Assembly: GCA_964479405.1 (NCBI GenBank)
Contig: CAYZMA010000002.1
Location: forward strand, 1 to 58,129
Reading direction: 5' to 3'
From: an uncultured Candidatus Saccharibacteria bacterium
Lineage (GTDB): Bacteria; Patescibacteriota; UBA1384; UBA12157; JAENIV01
DNA length: 58,129 nt
Shown in pieces: positions 17,037 to 26,385 of this stretch (its first letter is position 1; the number at the start of each line of letters is the position of its first letter). The notes under the pieces are model-generated. The model did not search any database, had not been told where the DNA came from, and saw nothing but the letters and a program-made list of their open reading frames with translations. The position numbers and the translations under genes were made by a program.

Positions 17037-19045
17037 ATATAACTTTTTTAGCATCATTAATTTATACTTTATTTTATGTTCTTGCTAATCTTTTATTGGG
17101 TTTAATTTTGTTAAAAGTGCTATTTCGGCGCCAATGGGGGCAATATTCATTCTTAGTCATTTTAACAACCAGTTTTCTTCTTGGACAAGGTATTCTTGCC
17201 GCTATTTGGCAGTTATTGGGTTTGGTAGGGCAATTTAAAGTTGGCATTATTTGGGGAATTTTAGCATTGGTTAGTGTGGTGAGCATTTTCATCTGGTATG
17301 ATTTATTTCAGCTTATTAAAAGAACAATCAAAAATACATGGGTAGCCTTTATTAACATATCATTTTTATGGAAATTGCTTTTATCAATGATATTTTTATT
17401 AATGTTCTTTTTTGCCGCTGGTTCAATTATTTTACCTCCATCAGGTGATGCCGAAGCTTTTTATATGGTTTTGCCAAAAATCATGGCCCACACTGGTATT
17501 TTAAAACCTCAACCCAATTACTATGAATTTTCTAAAATTGGTTTATTGGGAGAGATGCATTTCGCAGCTTTAATGGCCATTGCTAATTTAGTCGCGACTA
17601 AATTTTTTGTTTGGTTTACAATGCTGGCAGTAGCTAGTTTTTTAATATCAATTGGAACAAAAACTAATCTTAAAACCAAAGGTCAAATTATTGCTTTGGC
17701 AATTTTATTTACTTCTACGACTTTTACTAGTTACATTACTGATGGAAAAACAGATATTTTTAGCGCGGCTTTTGGTTTGGCTACTTATTATTGGGTGCTG
17801 GAAACAAGAAGAAAAGGCTGGCTACCTCTTGTTTTAACAGGGTTATTTATGGGCTTTGCGATTGTGGCTAAATTATCTAACGCCATAGTAATCGTCCCGG
17901 GTGTTTTATTAATACTTGGCTGGAATCGTTATAATGATTTTAAGGATGATCGGCAAGCAATAAAAATCTTTTTTAAGCAATTAATAATATCATTATTAAT
18001 CTTAGGCCTGTTTGTAGGTGTAGCTTTGATACCCCATTTTATTAAAAATAAAGTTCTTTTTAATGATCCATTAGGTGTTTCTGAAAAATATGAGAATTTT
18101 CAATGGATTTATCCAATTTGGGCTTCAACTCGAATTTTATATTCTTTTTCTTTGTCAACTCCTAGACCGACATCTACCCCAACTCCTACCCCTATCCCAA
18201 CTCCTGCACTAACTCCTGCACTAACATTAACACCTATACCAATTACCGAGCCGACCGTCATACCATCTTCCCCAGCTGTTATCAATAAAAAACGTAACAT
18301 AATTTTTACTTTTTTAACCTATCCTTTAGCTTTTGTTTTTGGTAATCGTCCAGGACAGGGAGGCAGTCTATCAGTCTTAATTATTGCATTTTTACCGTTC
18401 TTATTATTTTTACGACCAATTAAACTCGTCCAGAAACAGATTTTAGCGATGGCCTTGCTGGGCTTGGCAATTTGGCTAGTTGTCCGTGCTTCAGCCACGA
18501 CCCCTCGTTATATCCTGCCAACTTTATTGCTTTTTATACCAGCTGTTGCCGCTGGCACAGAATATATTTTTCAAAAAATGAATTATTTTTTATTAAAATT
18601 GACCATTATTGGCAGTATGTTTCTCATTCTCTTGGTTTTTTTGACAATTCATTTTAATATATTTATGCGGTTTGGCTTGATTGCTCTGGGTCGATCAGAT
18701 CCGACAGTGCTTTATGGACCACATTATCCGGCATTACAATTTATTAATCAAAAAGCGTCTGACGGGGACAGAGTCTTCTTGGTCGGCTATTATGGCTTTT
18801 TTCTTAGACCAGATCTTTTAGCCAAGATGGATGACAATCAAGAAAAACTAGATATAATTCTAACCATACAAGCAACCCCTTGGGAATATATGTATAATCA
18901 TAATTTTAAATATGTCGTTGTGCAAAAAGCTCCCCATCTTCAGGCCGAGGACAGTTTAAATCTTAGTCCCAGACCAGATTGGCTAAATATTCAAAAAATA
19001 TATTCAGACACAATGACAGATATATATTCATTGGAGAAAAAATGA
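17003..19045 (+). CDS. Large polytopic membrane protein, GT-C-like. A divergent paralogue of the 46285..52915 triplet with a Pro/Thr-rich insertion
   Basis: About 14 hydrophobic segments. A GDAEAFYMVLPKIMAHTG loop motif lies where the triplet has GDPFYH. The hydrophilic C-terminal domain ends ..KYVVVQ..IYSDTMTDIYSLEK, like the triplet. The ATG at 17003 is preferred over the TTG at 16988. Confidence 0.6.
   Translation: MARTTYLENILNITFLASLIYTLFYVLANLLLGLILLKVLFRRQWGQYSFLVILTTSFLLGQGILAAIWQLLGLVGQFKVGIIWGILALVSVVSIFIWYDLFQLIKRTIKNTWVAFINISFLWKLLLSMIFLLMFFFAAGSIILPPSGDAEAFYMVLPKIMAHTGILKPQPNYYEFSKIGLLGEMHFAALMAIANLVATKFFVWFTMLAVASFLISIGTKTNLKTKGQIIALAILFTSTTFTSYITDGKTDIFSAAFGLATYYWVLETRRKGWLPLVLTGLFMGFAIVAKLSNAIVIVPGVLLILGWNRYNDFKDDRQAIKIFFKQLIISLLILGLFVGVALIPHFIKNKVLFNDPLGVSEKYENFQWIYPIWASTRILYSFSLSTPRPTSTPTPTPIPTPALTPALTLTPIPITEPTVIPSSPAVINKKRNIIFTFLTYPLAFVFGNRPGQGGSLSVLIIAFLPFLLFLRPIKLVQKQILAMALLGLAIWLVVRASATTPRYILPTLLLFIPAVAAGTEYIFQKMNYFLLKLTIIGSMFLILLVFLTIHFNIFMRFGLIALGRSDPTVLYGPHYPALQFINQKASDGDRVFLVGYYGFFLRPDLLAKMDDNQEKLDIILTIQATPWEYMYNHNFKYVVVQKAPHLQAEDSLNLSPRPDWLNIQKIYSDTMTDIYSLEKK
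18155..18274 (+). other. Pro/Thr-rich low-complexity insertion (STPRPTSTPTPTPIPTPALTPALTLTPIPITEPTVIPSSP) inside the membrane protein
   Basis: Read from the translation. The DNA contains the 12-bp tandem aactcctgcact x2 (18199..18222). Local GC is clearly higher than in the flanks. Confidence 0.85.
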
Positions 19046-19929
19046 AAAAAAAAGTTTTAATTGTTGGTGCGACTGGTATGTTAGGCAATGGGATACTTTA
19101 CGAACTTTTAAAATACAAAGACCTTGAGGTTTTTGGTACAACTCGGTTTGACGAGGCAAAGAAATATTTTAATTTTAAAACCGTCCAGAAAATTATTAGT
19201 TTTGTTGACATTGAAAATACAGAGTGTTTAATAAAAGTATTTAAAGAAGTTAAACCCGATGTTGTTTTAAACTGTGTTGGATTAATTAAACAAGTGATGA
19301 GTGATAATGATAAAGCTTTAGCCATCTCGATGAATGCTTTGTTCCCACATCGCTTAGCTGCTCTTTGTGGTCTTTCTGGAGCACGATTAATTCATTTTAG
19401 CACTGATTGTGTCTTCAGTGGCAAAAAAGGCTTCTACCAAGAATCTGATGTCTCTGACGCTGAAGATATTTATGGTAGGACCAAGTATTTAGGTGAAGTT
19501 ATTTACGATCATTGCGTAACGGTACGGACTTCGATTATTGGTCATGGTTTAGAAAGTCACGTTTCTCTTATTGATTGGTTCTTGACTCAAAAGGGAAAAA
19601 TCAGGGGTTATAATCAAGTGATTTACTCTGGATTACCCACGATTGAGCATGCCCGCATTATTGCCAAGTATATTTTGCCAAATGAAAAACTTAAAGGTTT
19701 ATATCATATTTCTGGCCGGCCGATTGCCAAATACGACTTACTTAAAATTATTGCGGAAGTATATGGCAAAAAAATTACTATTGATCCTTATGATGGTGTT
19801 AAACATGATTTGTCATTGGACTCAACCCGTTTTATGCGAGCGACCCAATACAATCAGCCAAGCTGGTTAAATTTAATCAAAAAGATGTATCGGTATTATC
19901 AGTCAAATTCTAATTTTATCAAGTATTAA
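19042..19929 (+). CDS. RmlD-type SDR reductase (dTDP-4-dehydrorhamnose reductase family), candidate 4-reductase of the 6-deoxy-L-HexNAc route
   Basis: VLIVGATGMLGNG and YGRTKYLGE (YxxxK), about 295 aa. ATG at 19042 has a GGAG SD and an ATGA overlap. The ORF-track start at 18979 is a TTG inside the upstream gene. Confidence 0.75.
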   Translation: MKKKVLIVGATGMLGNGILYELLKYKDLEVFGTTRFDEAKKYFNFKTVQKIISFVDIENTECLIKVFKEVKPDVVLNCVGLIKQVMSDNDKALAISMNALFPHRLAALCGLSGARLIHFSTDCVFSGKKGFYQESDVSDAEDIYGRTKYLGEVIYDHCVTVRTSIIGHGLESHVSLIDWFLTQKGKIRGYNQVIYSGLPTIEHARIIAKYILPNEKLKGLYHISGRPIAKYDLLKIIAEVYGKKITIDPYDGVKHDLSLDSTRFMRATQYNQPSWLNLIKKMYRYYQSNSNFIKY

Positions 19930-19937
19930 GGAGCAAA

Positions 19938-21002
19938 ATGGGTCTTTTTTCACGTAAGAGAATTTTAATTACCGGGGGGACAGGATCGCTCGGTAAGATA
20001 TTAGTCAAACGTTTGCTTTCGGGCGAAGAAGGGTGTCCCGAAAAAATTATTATTTTTTCAAGGGACGAAGCTAAGCAACATGAGATGCGTTTGACATATC
20101 AGCATAAAAAAAATCCGACTGATGAGGTGATTTACAATAACTTTCAGCAAATGGTTGAATTTCGAATCGGCGATGTTAGAAACTATGATTCAATTTGCCC
20201 AGTTCTTAAAAATGTGGATATAGTGATCAATACGGCGGCATTAAAACAAGTTCCATCGTGCGAATATTTTCCCTTTGAAGCCGTTCGCACCAATATTATC
20301 GGGGCGGAAAATATCATTCGAGCGCTTCGTGAGAATGATTTTCCAGTGTCAACGGTCGTTGGTGTTTCAACCGATAAGGCTTGCAAGCCGGTCAATGTAA
20401 TGGGAATGACCAAAGCACTCCAAGAACGACTATTTATTTCGGCCAATATTTTTGTGCCTAAAACAAGGTTTATCTGTGTCCGTTACGGCAATGTTTTGGC
20501 TTCTCGTGGTTCGGTCATACCGATGTTTCATGAGCAGATTAAAAATAATCTGCCGTTGACGGTAACTACTCAAGATATGACACGTTTTCTTTTGCCTTTA
20601 AATCAAGCAGTAGATACGGTTTTTGTCGCCATTGCTAATGCCGGTGCTGGCGAAACCTATATTCCCAAGGTTAGATCTTCTTCTGTAATGAATCTAGCCG
20701 AGGCCTTGATTGAAAAACGTTCCTTAGAAATTAAAATTACTGGTATCAGACCAGGTGAAAAAATTCACGAAATCTTAATTTCCGAGGAAGAAGTTTGGCA
20801 TACGGTTGAACGTGGTAATTATTATGTGATCAAACCAATTCTACCTGAATTAATGGAGATTGATCACGAGCCATTTGTGGTTAAAATCGGAGAATACAGT
20901 TCGGCGCAAAATCCGATGGATTTAAAGGAAACCAGCGCCATGCTAGAACAACATCATCTTTTTTACAGTAATAAGCAAGAAGAAGGAGAATTACTTAAAT
21001 GA
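19938..21002 (+). CDS. UDP-GlcNAc 4,6-dehydratase/5-epimerase of the FnlA/CapE/WbjB/WbvB type
   Basis: ILITGGTGSLGK, IFSRDEAKQHEM, AALKQVPSCEYFPFEAVRTNIIGAENI, STDKACKPVNVMGMTKAL, RYGNVLASRGSVIPMF, IRPGEKIHE. Confidence 0.85.
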   Translation: MGLFSRKRILITGGTGSLGKILVKRLLSGEEGCPEKIIIFSRDEAKQHEMRLTYQHKKNPTDEVIYNNFQQMVEFRIGDVRNYDSICPVLKNVDIVINTAALKQVPSCEYFPFEAVRTNIIGAENIIRALRENDFPVSTVVGVSTDKACKPVNVMGMTKALQERLFISANIFVPKTRFICVRYGNVLASRGSVIPMFHEQIKNNLPLTVTTQDMTRFLLPLNQAVDTVFVAIANAGAGETYIPKVRSSSVMNLAEALIEKRSLEIKITGIRPGEKIHEILISEEEVWHTVERGNYYVIKPILPELMEIDHEPFVVKIGEYSSAQNPMDLKETSAMLEQHHLFYSNKQEEGELLK

Positions 21003-22087
21003 AAATAATGACTATATTAGGTACGCGGCCGGAAATTATTCGTCTATCCAGAGTCATTCCTTTACTTGATCAGTATTCTGAACACATTGTGGTTCATACC
21101 GATCAAAATTATGACAAACGGTTGAAAGATATATTTTTTCAAGAATTAAATTTACGGCAACCAAATATCGGCTTTGTTTCAAAATCATCAACTGCAATGG
21201 AGCAAATCGGGAAAATTATTGTCGGTTCGGAAAAGATCCTTAATCAATTTAAACCTGATCGCCTTCTAATTTTAGGCGATACCAATAGCGCTATCTCGGC
21301 TTTTGTTGCTAAAAGAATGGGTATCAAAGTTTTTCATATGGAAGCAGGTAATCGTTGCTTTGATAATCGCGTGCCCGAAGAGGTGAACAGGCGGGTTATT
21401 GACCATGCGACAGATATTGCGATGCCTTACACCGAAAGAAGTCGAGCAAATTTGCTACGAGAAGGCATTGCTTCCGATAATATCTTTGTGACGGGCAATC
21501 CTATTAAAGAAGTGCTTGATTTCTATGAGTCCCAAATTAGCGCCAGCCCAATTTTAAAAAAGTTTAAATTGGAGTCAAAAAAATATTTTTTAGTCACCTT
21601 ACATCGTGAAGAAAACGTGGATATTGAGAGCCGATTGATTAGTTTTGTTCAGGCCTTTAATTTATTGGTAAAAGAATATAAATTGTCGCTTATTTGGAGT
21701 GTTCATCCTCGAACGGCTCGAAGGCTTGAGGGGTTAAAAATTAAAATTGATTCGCGAATTCAATTATCTAAACCATTTGGACTCTTTGATTTTGTTCGTT
21801 TAGAAAAAAATGCTTTTGGTGTTTTATCAGACAGCGGTACGGTTCAAGAAGAATGTTGTATTTTTAAAGTGCCAACAGTTACCTTGCGTGATGTTACCGA
21901 ACGGCCGGAAACAATTGAAGTTGGTAGTAATTTTCTAGCCGGCTGCGATCCTAAAATGATTTTAAATGGCGTTAAACTTGTTACTCAAAGACAATTATGG
22001 CAACCGCCATCAGAATATCTGGTCAAAAATGTCAGTCAAACAATCGCAAATATTGTCCTAGGGTATTATTGTGAACAAAAAAAATGA
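20999..22087 (+). CDS. Non-hydrolysing UDP-HexNAc 2-epimerase of the FnlC/WbjD/WbvD type
   Basis: ILGTRPEIIRLSRV, HTDQNYD, LGDTNS, FHMEAGNRCFDNRVPEEVNRRVIDH, HREENVD. ATGA overlap. Confidence 0.85.
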   Translation: MKIMTILGTRPEIIRLSRVIPLLDQYSEHIVVHTDQNYDKRLKDIFFQELNLRQPNIGFVSKSSTAMEQIGKIIVGSEKILNQFKPDRLLILGDTNSAISAFVAKRMGIKVFHMEAGNRCFDNRVPEEVNRRVIDHATDIAMPYTERSRANLLREGIASDNIFVTGNPIKEVLDFYESQISASPILKKFKLESKKYFLVTLHREENVDIESRLISFVQAFNLLVKEYKLSLIWSVHPRTARRLEGLKIKIDSRIQLSKPFGLFDFVRLEKNAFGVLSDSGTVQEECCIFKVPTVTLRDVTERPETIEVGSNFLAGCDPKMILNGVKLVTQRQLWQPPSEYLVKNVSQTIANIVLGYYCEQKK

Positions 22088-24162
22088 AAACGAATCCCAA
22101 AGTCTCAATTATTGTTCCAGTCTATAATGGCTCTAATTATCTAAAAGAAGCGATTGAGTCTGCTTTGACCCAGACTTACAAAAATGTTGAAATTATTGTG
22201 ATCAATGATGGCTCAAATGATCAAGGAGCAACTGAAAAAATTGCTTTAAACTTTGGTCGTAAAGTCCGTTACTATAAAAAGAAAAATGGTGGTGTCGCTT
22301 CAGCGCTTAATTTTGGTATTCGAAAAATGACTGGGAAGTATTTTTCTTGGCTAAGCCATGACGATATTTATTTTCCACAAAAATTAGAAAAACAGATTGC
22401 TTTTTTACAAAAGAAGTCAAAAGATACCATTATTTATAGTAATTTTGTTATTATTGATCAATTTGGTCATTTAGGTAAAACAATCAAGATTCATCCTCCA
22501 ATTAAATCCAGATTAATCCATACTATTATAACTAATCGTTTCATTCACGGGTGCACTCTTTTAATTCATAAATCGGCTTTTGATAAAGCTGGTTTTTTCA
22601 ACGAAAATTTGCGAAATACTCAAGACTATGAACTTTGGTTTCGCTTTATTGCTTTAGACTTTAATTTCGTTCATCAAAATGAAGTTTTAGTGAAAGCTCG
22701 ACATCATGCTAAACAAACTTCATTATTGACTAATGACGTTCAGATTAATGAAGAAGATAATTTATATTATTGGGCTATAAATAGATTTCTGCCTAAACAA
22801 ATTTTTCCAAAAACAAAAAATTTATCTTTAGATTACTTAAATTTATCCTTATTTTTGAAAATTCATGGTTGTACCAAAGCATCTCAATTAGCTAAACATT
22901 TGAGCTTCCGTCGTATGACTTATCAGAATTTCTTTTTTAATTTTTTATTTTATCTTTACTACCTTTTATGGCCGAAAAATTTGATCAATACTTTACAGTT
23001 TATAAATTGTGCTTTACGTAGATTAAAAAGAAGAACTTGCAAAATATCTTATTCTAATGTGAAGGAGGGACAACCGCTTAAAATTTGTATTATAGGTAAT
23101 ATTACTTCTATACACAATCAAAAATTGATTGATTTTTTAAAGAAACAAAATTATGATATTCATTTTATCTCTACTCATAAAGGCAGGGTGTCGGGCATCA
23201 ATAACTATGATCTTTCCAGACGACATTTTGAGCCGAAATTTTGGTGGTTTTTGAGATCAATTTTTTTGAGTCGGAAACTAATCCGAAAAATTAACCCTCA
23301 TCTTGTCCAAGGGCAATATTTAGCACTTGGTGGCATCTTTGCCTATCTTTCAGGTTTTCGTCCTTATGTTGCTGGTGTTTGGGGGACCGAAGTTTTAGAG
23401 TTTGAGCAATTCGGGATTTTAAAATATTTGATAAAAAAAACTCTTTTAAATGCTGATTTAATGATCGGTAGCTCTTACGTTTTAAAGGAAGCGGCAGTTT
23501 CTATCGGTGCTGATCCGACAAAATTTCATTTAGTGCGTTTTGGTGTTGACTTAGACATTTTTAAACCTGTTTCTACTAAATATTTGCGGCAAAAGATAGG
23601 GTTAAAAGACGAAAAAGTGATTTTTTCGCCAAGGACAATAGATACTATTTACAATACTAAAACTTTAGTGAAAGCTTTTGAACTTATAGTTCAAAAAGGC
23701 AGATTCAAATTAGCGCTTTTAAATCAACCGTTTAATCAATCTTATTCCAAAGAAATTAAAGATTATATTATCAATTATCAACTTGAGAATAAAGTAATCT
23801 TTCTGCCCTCAGTTGAAAATTCAAAAATGGCTGATTATTACAATTTGGCCGAAGTAGTGGTTTCAATCCCTAAGTCTGATAGCGCCGCCGTATCATTTTT
23901 AGAAGCAATGGCCTGTGAAAAAAAAATTGTAGTTTCTGATTTACCTTATCTTAAAGAATGGCAACATGGTCAAAATTTTTGGCGGAGTGAAATTAGAGTA
24001 GATAAATTAAGTAAAGTTTTACTTATGGCATTAAATAAACCAGTTACAGAGTTTGCGTCGACAGGTCGTCTTAATAGACAATTGGTGCGACAGAAAGCAG
24101 ACTTGAAAACTTGTTTTGACGAACTTGATAGTCTTTACCGACAAATTGTCAAGGCTGTTTAA
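22084..24162 (+). CDS. Two-domain glycosyltransferase: N-terminal GT2 (GT-A) plus C-terminal GT4-like (GT-B)
   Basis: N-terminus: VSIIVPVYNGSNYL..IIVINDGSND..WLSHDDIY. C-terminus: VSFLEAMACEKKIVVSDLPYLKEW. The C-terminal ~365 aa is colinear with the C-terminus of 39703..41946. Confidence 0.8.
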   Translation: MKTNPKVSIIVPVYNGSNYLKEAIESALTQTYKNVEIIVINDGSNDQGATEKIALNFGRKVRYYKKKNGGVASALNFGIRKMTGKYFSWLSHDDIYFPQKLEKQIAFLQKKSKDTIIYSNFVIIDQFGHLGKTIKIHPPIKSRLIHTIITNRFIHGCTLLIHKSAFDKAGFFNENLRNTQDYELWFRFIALDFNFVHQNEVLVKARHHAKQTSLLTNDVQINEEDNLYYWAINRFLPKQIFPKTKNLSLDYLNLSLFLKIHGCTKASQLAKHLSFRRMTYQNFFFNFLFYLYYLLWPKNLINTLQFINCALRRLKRRTCKISYSNVKEGQPLKICIIGNITSIHNQKLIDFLKKQNYDIHFISTHKGRVSGINNYDLSRRHFEPKFWWFLRSIFLSRKLIRKINPHLVQGQYLALGGIFAYLSGFRPYVAGVWGTEVLEFEQFGILKYLIKKTLLNADLMIGSSYVLKEAAVSIGADPTKFHLVRFGVDLDIFKPVSTKYLRQKIGLKDEKVIFSPRTIDTIYNTKTLVKAFELIVQKGRFKLALLNQPFNQSYSKEIKDYIINYQLENKVIFLPSVENSKMADYYNLAEVVVSIPKSDSAAVSFLEAMACEKKIVVSDLPYLKEWQHGQNFWRSEIRVDKLSKVLLMALNKPVTEFASTGRLNRQLVRQKADLKTCFDELDSLYRQIVKAV

Positions 24163-24188
24163 TTAAATATTAACCTTTTTATCAAAAT

Positions 24189-25373
24189 TTAGACTAATAG
24201 TTTTTTATAAAAATCAATTAATTTAGCTTCTTCAAGATTCCAATTATACTTTTTACGAATCCAAAATAGACCGTTTTTTTTCTTTTGTAAAATATTTTTT
24301 GGTTTTTTTATAATTTCTTTGATAATATTTTTAATTGACTGCTGACTTGAAAACTCATCTAATAAGTAACCAGCCTTAGTTTCATTAATAATTTGACCAA
24401 TGGCTGGATAATTTGGGGCTATCACCGCTACACCAGAAATCATATAATCAAATAATTTATTAGGTAGGGAATAATAATTATTAAGACAACGGCGATCCGT
24501 GGCCACAATCCCCAGATCGAATTTAGACAATTCTTTAAAAAATTTCGTTTGGTCTATAATTATTTGACGGATGGTCACTTGAGGGTTATTTAACAAAACC
24601 GGATTTCGTTCCAGTTCTTCAATATTACACAGAATATCTAAGTGCCAAAGCTTAGAATTGTATTGATTTAATTCTTTGACGATTGTTTCAATAATTTCAT
24701 TCCGACCTTTTTTCAAACTGCCTTGATAAATAAACCGTAAAGGATAGTGGATTTTAGGTTGTACCAAAGTATATGAATTGAAAGGAACATTTTTTAATAT
24801 TAAAGGCATTTTCTTGAATCGGGGATATTGTTTTAATAAAAAAATTTCCGCGAACTTGTTAATCGTAATAAAACCATCAACCCAAAAAGAAGCAAATTTT
24901 TCAGTCAGTAAAATAAAAGGACGAAAGGGTTTAAAACTAGCCATTTCGGTGGCTATCTCATGAGAATCGTAAATTAATTTAACGCGACCAAATTTTAGCA
25001 TTTTAATCAATAATCCGGCGATCAGAGTGTCAACATCGTGACAGTGAATTATTTTGAAATTAAGATTATTAGCCACACGAACAATATTGATCAAATTGCT
25101 GATTAAACCCCAAATTATTCTGGGCATTGCGGAAGAGATTTTTTTATCCTTAAACCCAGGTAAATAAACCCGATCTTTAAGAGATAATAATTGAATTTGA
25201 TCAAATTTGGTAATTTTGCTTTGATTATTAATGAGGTAGATAATAGTTACTTCAAAACCGATGCTTATAAGGGTTTTTGCTTCCTTGTAAACTCTTGGAT
25301 CAATTTTGGGAATCAAGAAATCATGCCCCAAAAGCATCAAGACTGGAAATTGTTTTAACTTCAGCTTTGACAT
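24189..25373 (-). CDS. GT4-like glycosyltransferase, an inverted single gene and a paralogue of 43274..44389
   Basis: IHCHDVDTL..LIYDSHEI and NYYSLPNKLFDYMISGVAVIAPNYP, colinear with YHAHDLDGL..LIYDSHEL and YYYSLPNKIFQYIAAETPILGSNFP. Confidence 0.75.
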   Translation of the reverse strand: MSKLKLKQFPVLMLLGHDFLIPKIDPRVYKEAKTLISIGFEVTIIYLINNQSKITKFDQIQLLSLKDRVYLPGFKDKKISSAMPRIIWGLISNLINIVRVANNLNFKIIHCHDVDTLIAGLLIKMLKFGRVKLIYDSHEIATEMASFKPFRPFILLTEKFASFWVDGFITINKFAEIFLLKQYPRFKKMPLILKNVPFNSYTLVQPKIHYPLRFIYQGSLKKGRNEIIETIVKELNQYNSKLWHLDILCNIEELERNPVLLNNPQVTIRQIIIDQTKFFKELSKFDLGIVATDRRCLNNYYSLPNKLFDYMISGVAVIAPNYPAIGQIINETKAGYLLDEFSSQQSIKNIIKEIIKKPKNILQKKKNGLFWIRKKYNWNLEEAKLIDFYKKLLV

Positions 25374-25421
25374 AGATTTGATTTTATGCTAATTATTTGT
25401 TTAATTCAAGGTAAGGGAAAA

Positions 25422-26378
25422 ATGTATAAAGAAAAAAAAGTCGGTGTGGTTGTGCCGGCACACAATGAAGAAAAAATGATTACCAATGTCATTAAAACGA
25501 TGCCTGATTTTGTTGATCAAATTATCATTATTGATGATTTTAGTCAGGATCGGATGGTAACAATGATTCAAGCTGCGGTTAAAATATATCACAAGAAAGT
25601 CAAAATTATCAGACATGCTCGAAATGAAGGTGTAGGGGCGAGTATCGTGTCTGGATATGCTTATGCCCTTACACAAAAACTTGATGTTATTGCGGTGATG
25701 GCCGGTGATGCCCAGATGGATCCAAAAGAGTTAAAAGATATTATAAATCCTATTATTAATGGACGGGCTGATTATGTTAAAGGCAATCGTTTGATTTATG
25801 GCCAAGCTTGGAAAAAGATACCAAAAGTTCGTTATTTAGGTAATTCTGTTTTATCACTTTTGACAAAAATTGCTTCGGGTTACTGGCATGTGTCTGATTC
25901 TCAAACTGGTTATACCGCTATTTCTCTGCAAATGCTTAGAAAGATACCGATCAATAATCTTTATAAGCGATATGGTTTTCCTAACGATCTTTTAGTGCAT
26001 CTTAATATTTTTCATGGTCGAATCAAAGAAATTCCGATTAAACCAATTTATAATATGGGTGGTAAATCAGGTATTAGATTATGGAAAGTTATTCCGACAA
26101 TATCTTGGTTGCTTTATCGAAGGTTTTTCTGGCGGCTTAAGATCAAATATATTATAGAAGATTTTCATCCTTTAGTTTTTTTCTATTTTTTTTCTATTCT
26201 ATTAGGATTGGCCAGTTTAATTTTATTGATACGATTGATTTATATTTTAATACAAGTTGGGAGAATCCCGCCAATCAACGCTCTTGCTTTATTCTTTTGC
26301 GCAATTATGGCCAGTCAATTTTTATTTTTTGCGATGTGGTTTGATATGGATAACAATAAGGATTTGAGAGTTAAATAG
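25422..26378 (+). CDS. GT2 polyprenyl-phosphate sugar synthase-like enzyme (GtrB/CsbB/ArnC/DPM1-like) with a C-terminal 2-TM domain
   Basis: VGVVVPAHNEE, IIIIDDFSQD, VMAGDAQMDP, and two C-terminal hydrophobic helices. ATG at 25422 is preferred because 25386 would leave only 12 bp to the divergent gene. Confidence 0.8.
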   Translation: MYKEKKVGVVVPAHNEEKMITNVIKTMPDFVDQIIIIDDFSQDRMVTMIQAAVKIYHKKVKIIRHARNEGVGASIVSGYAYALTQKLDVIAVMAGDAQMDPKELKDIINPIINGRADYVKGNRLIYGQAWKKIPKVRYLGNSVLSLLTKIASGYWHVSDSQTGYTAISLQMLRKIPINNLYKRYGFPNDLLVHLNIFHGRIKEIPIKPIYNMGGKSGIRLWKVIPTISWLLYRRFFWRLKIKYIIEDFHPLVFFYFFSILLGLASLILLIRLIYILIQVGRIPPINALALFFCAIMASQFLFFAMWFDMDNNKDLRVK

Positions 26379-26385
26379 AAATGTA

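Noticed and set aside
18109-18300. A 63-aa minus-strand ORF rich in G and V (GVGIGVGVGVDVGLGV).
   Set aside because: It is the antisense reading of the Pro/Thr-rich insertion in the + strand membrane protein, so it is an artefact of the repeat composition.
19045-19053. Homopolymer tracts as phase-variation switches: A9 at 19045..19053 in the reductase start, T9 at 7321..7329 in wzx copy 1, and A8 runs at about 13438, 16741 and elsewhere.
   Set aside because: In roughly 30% GC DNA rich in AAA (Lys) and TTT (Phe) codons, runs of 8-9 are expected by chance, and they are scattered through many genes. Without read-level length variation there is no support. The heptamer repeat is reported separately because it is much less expected.
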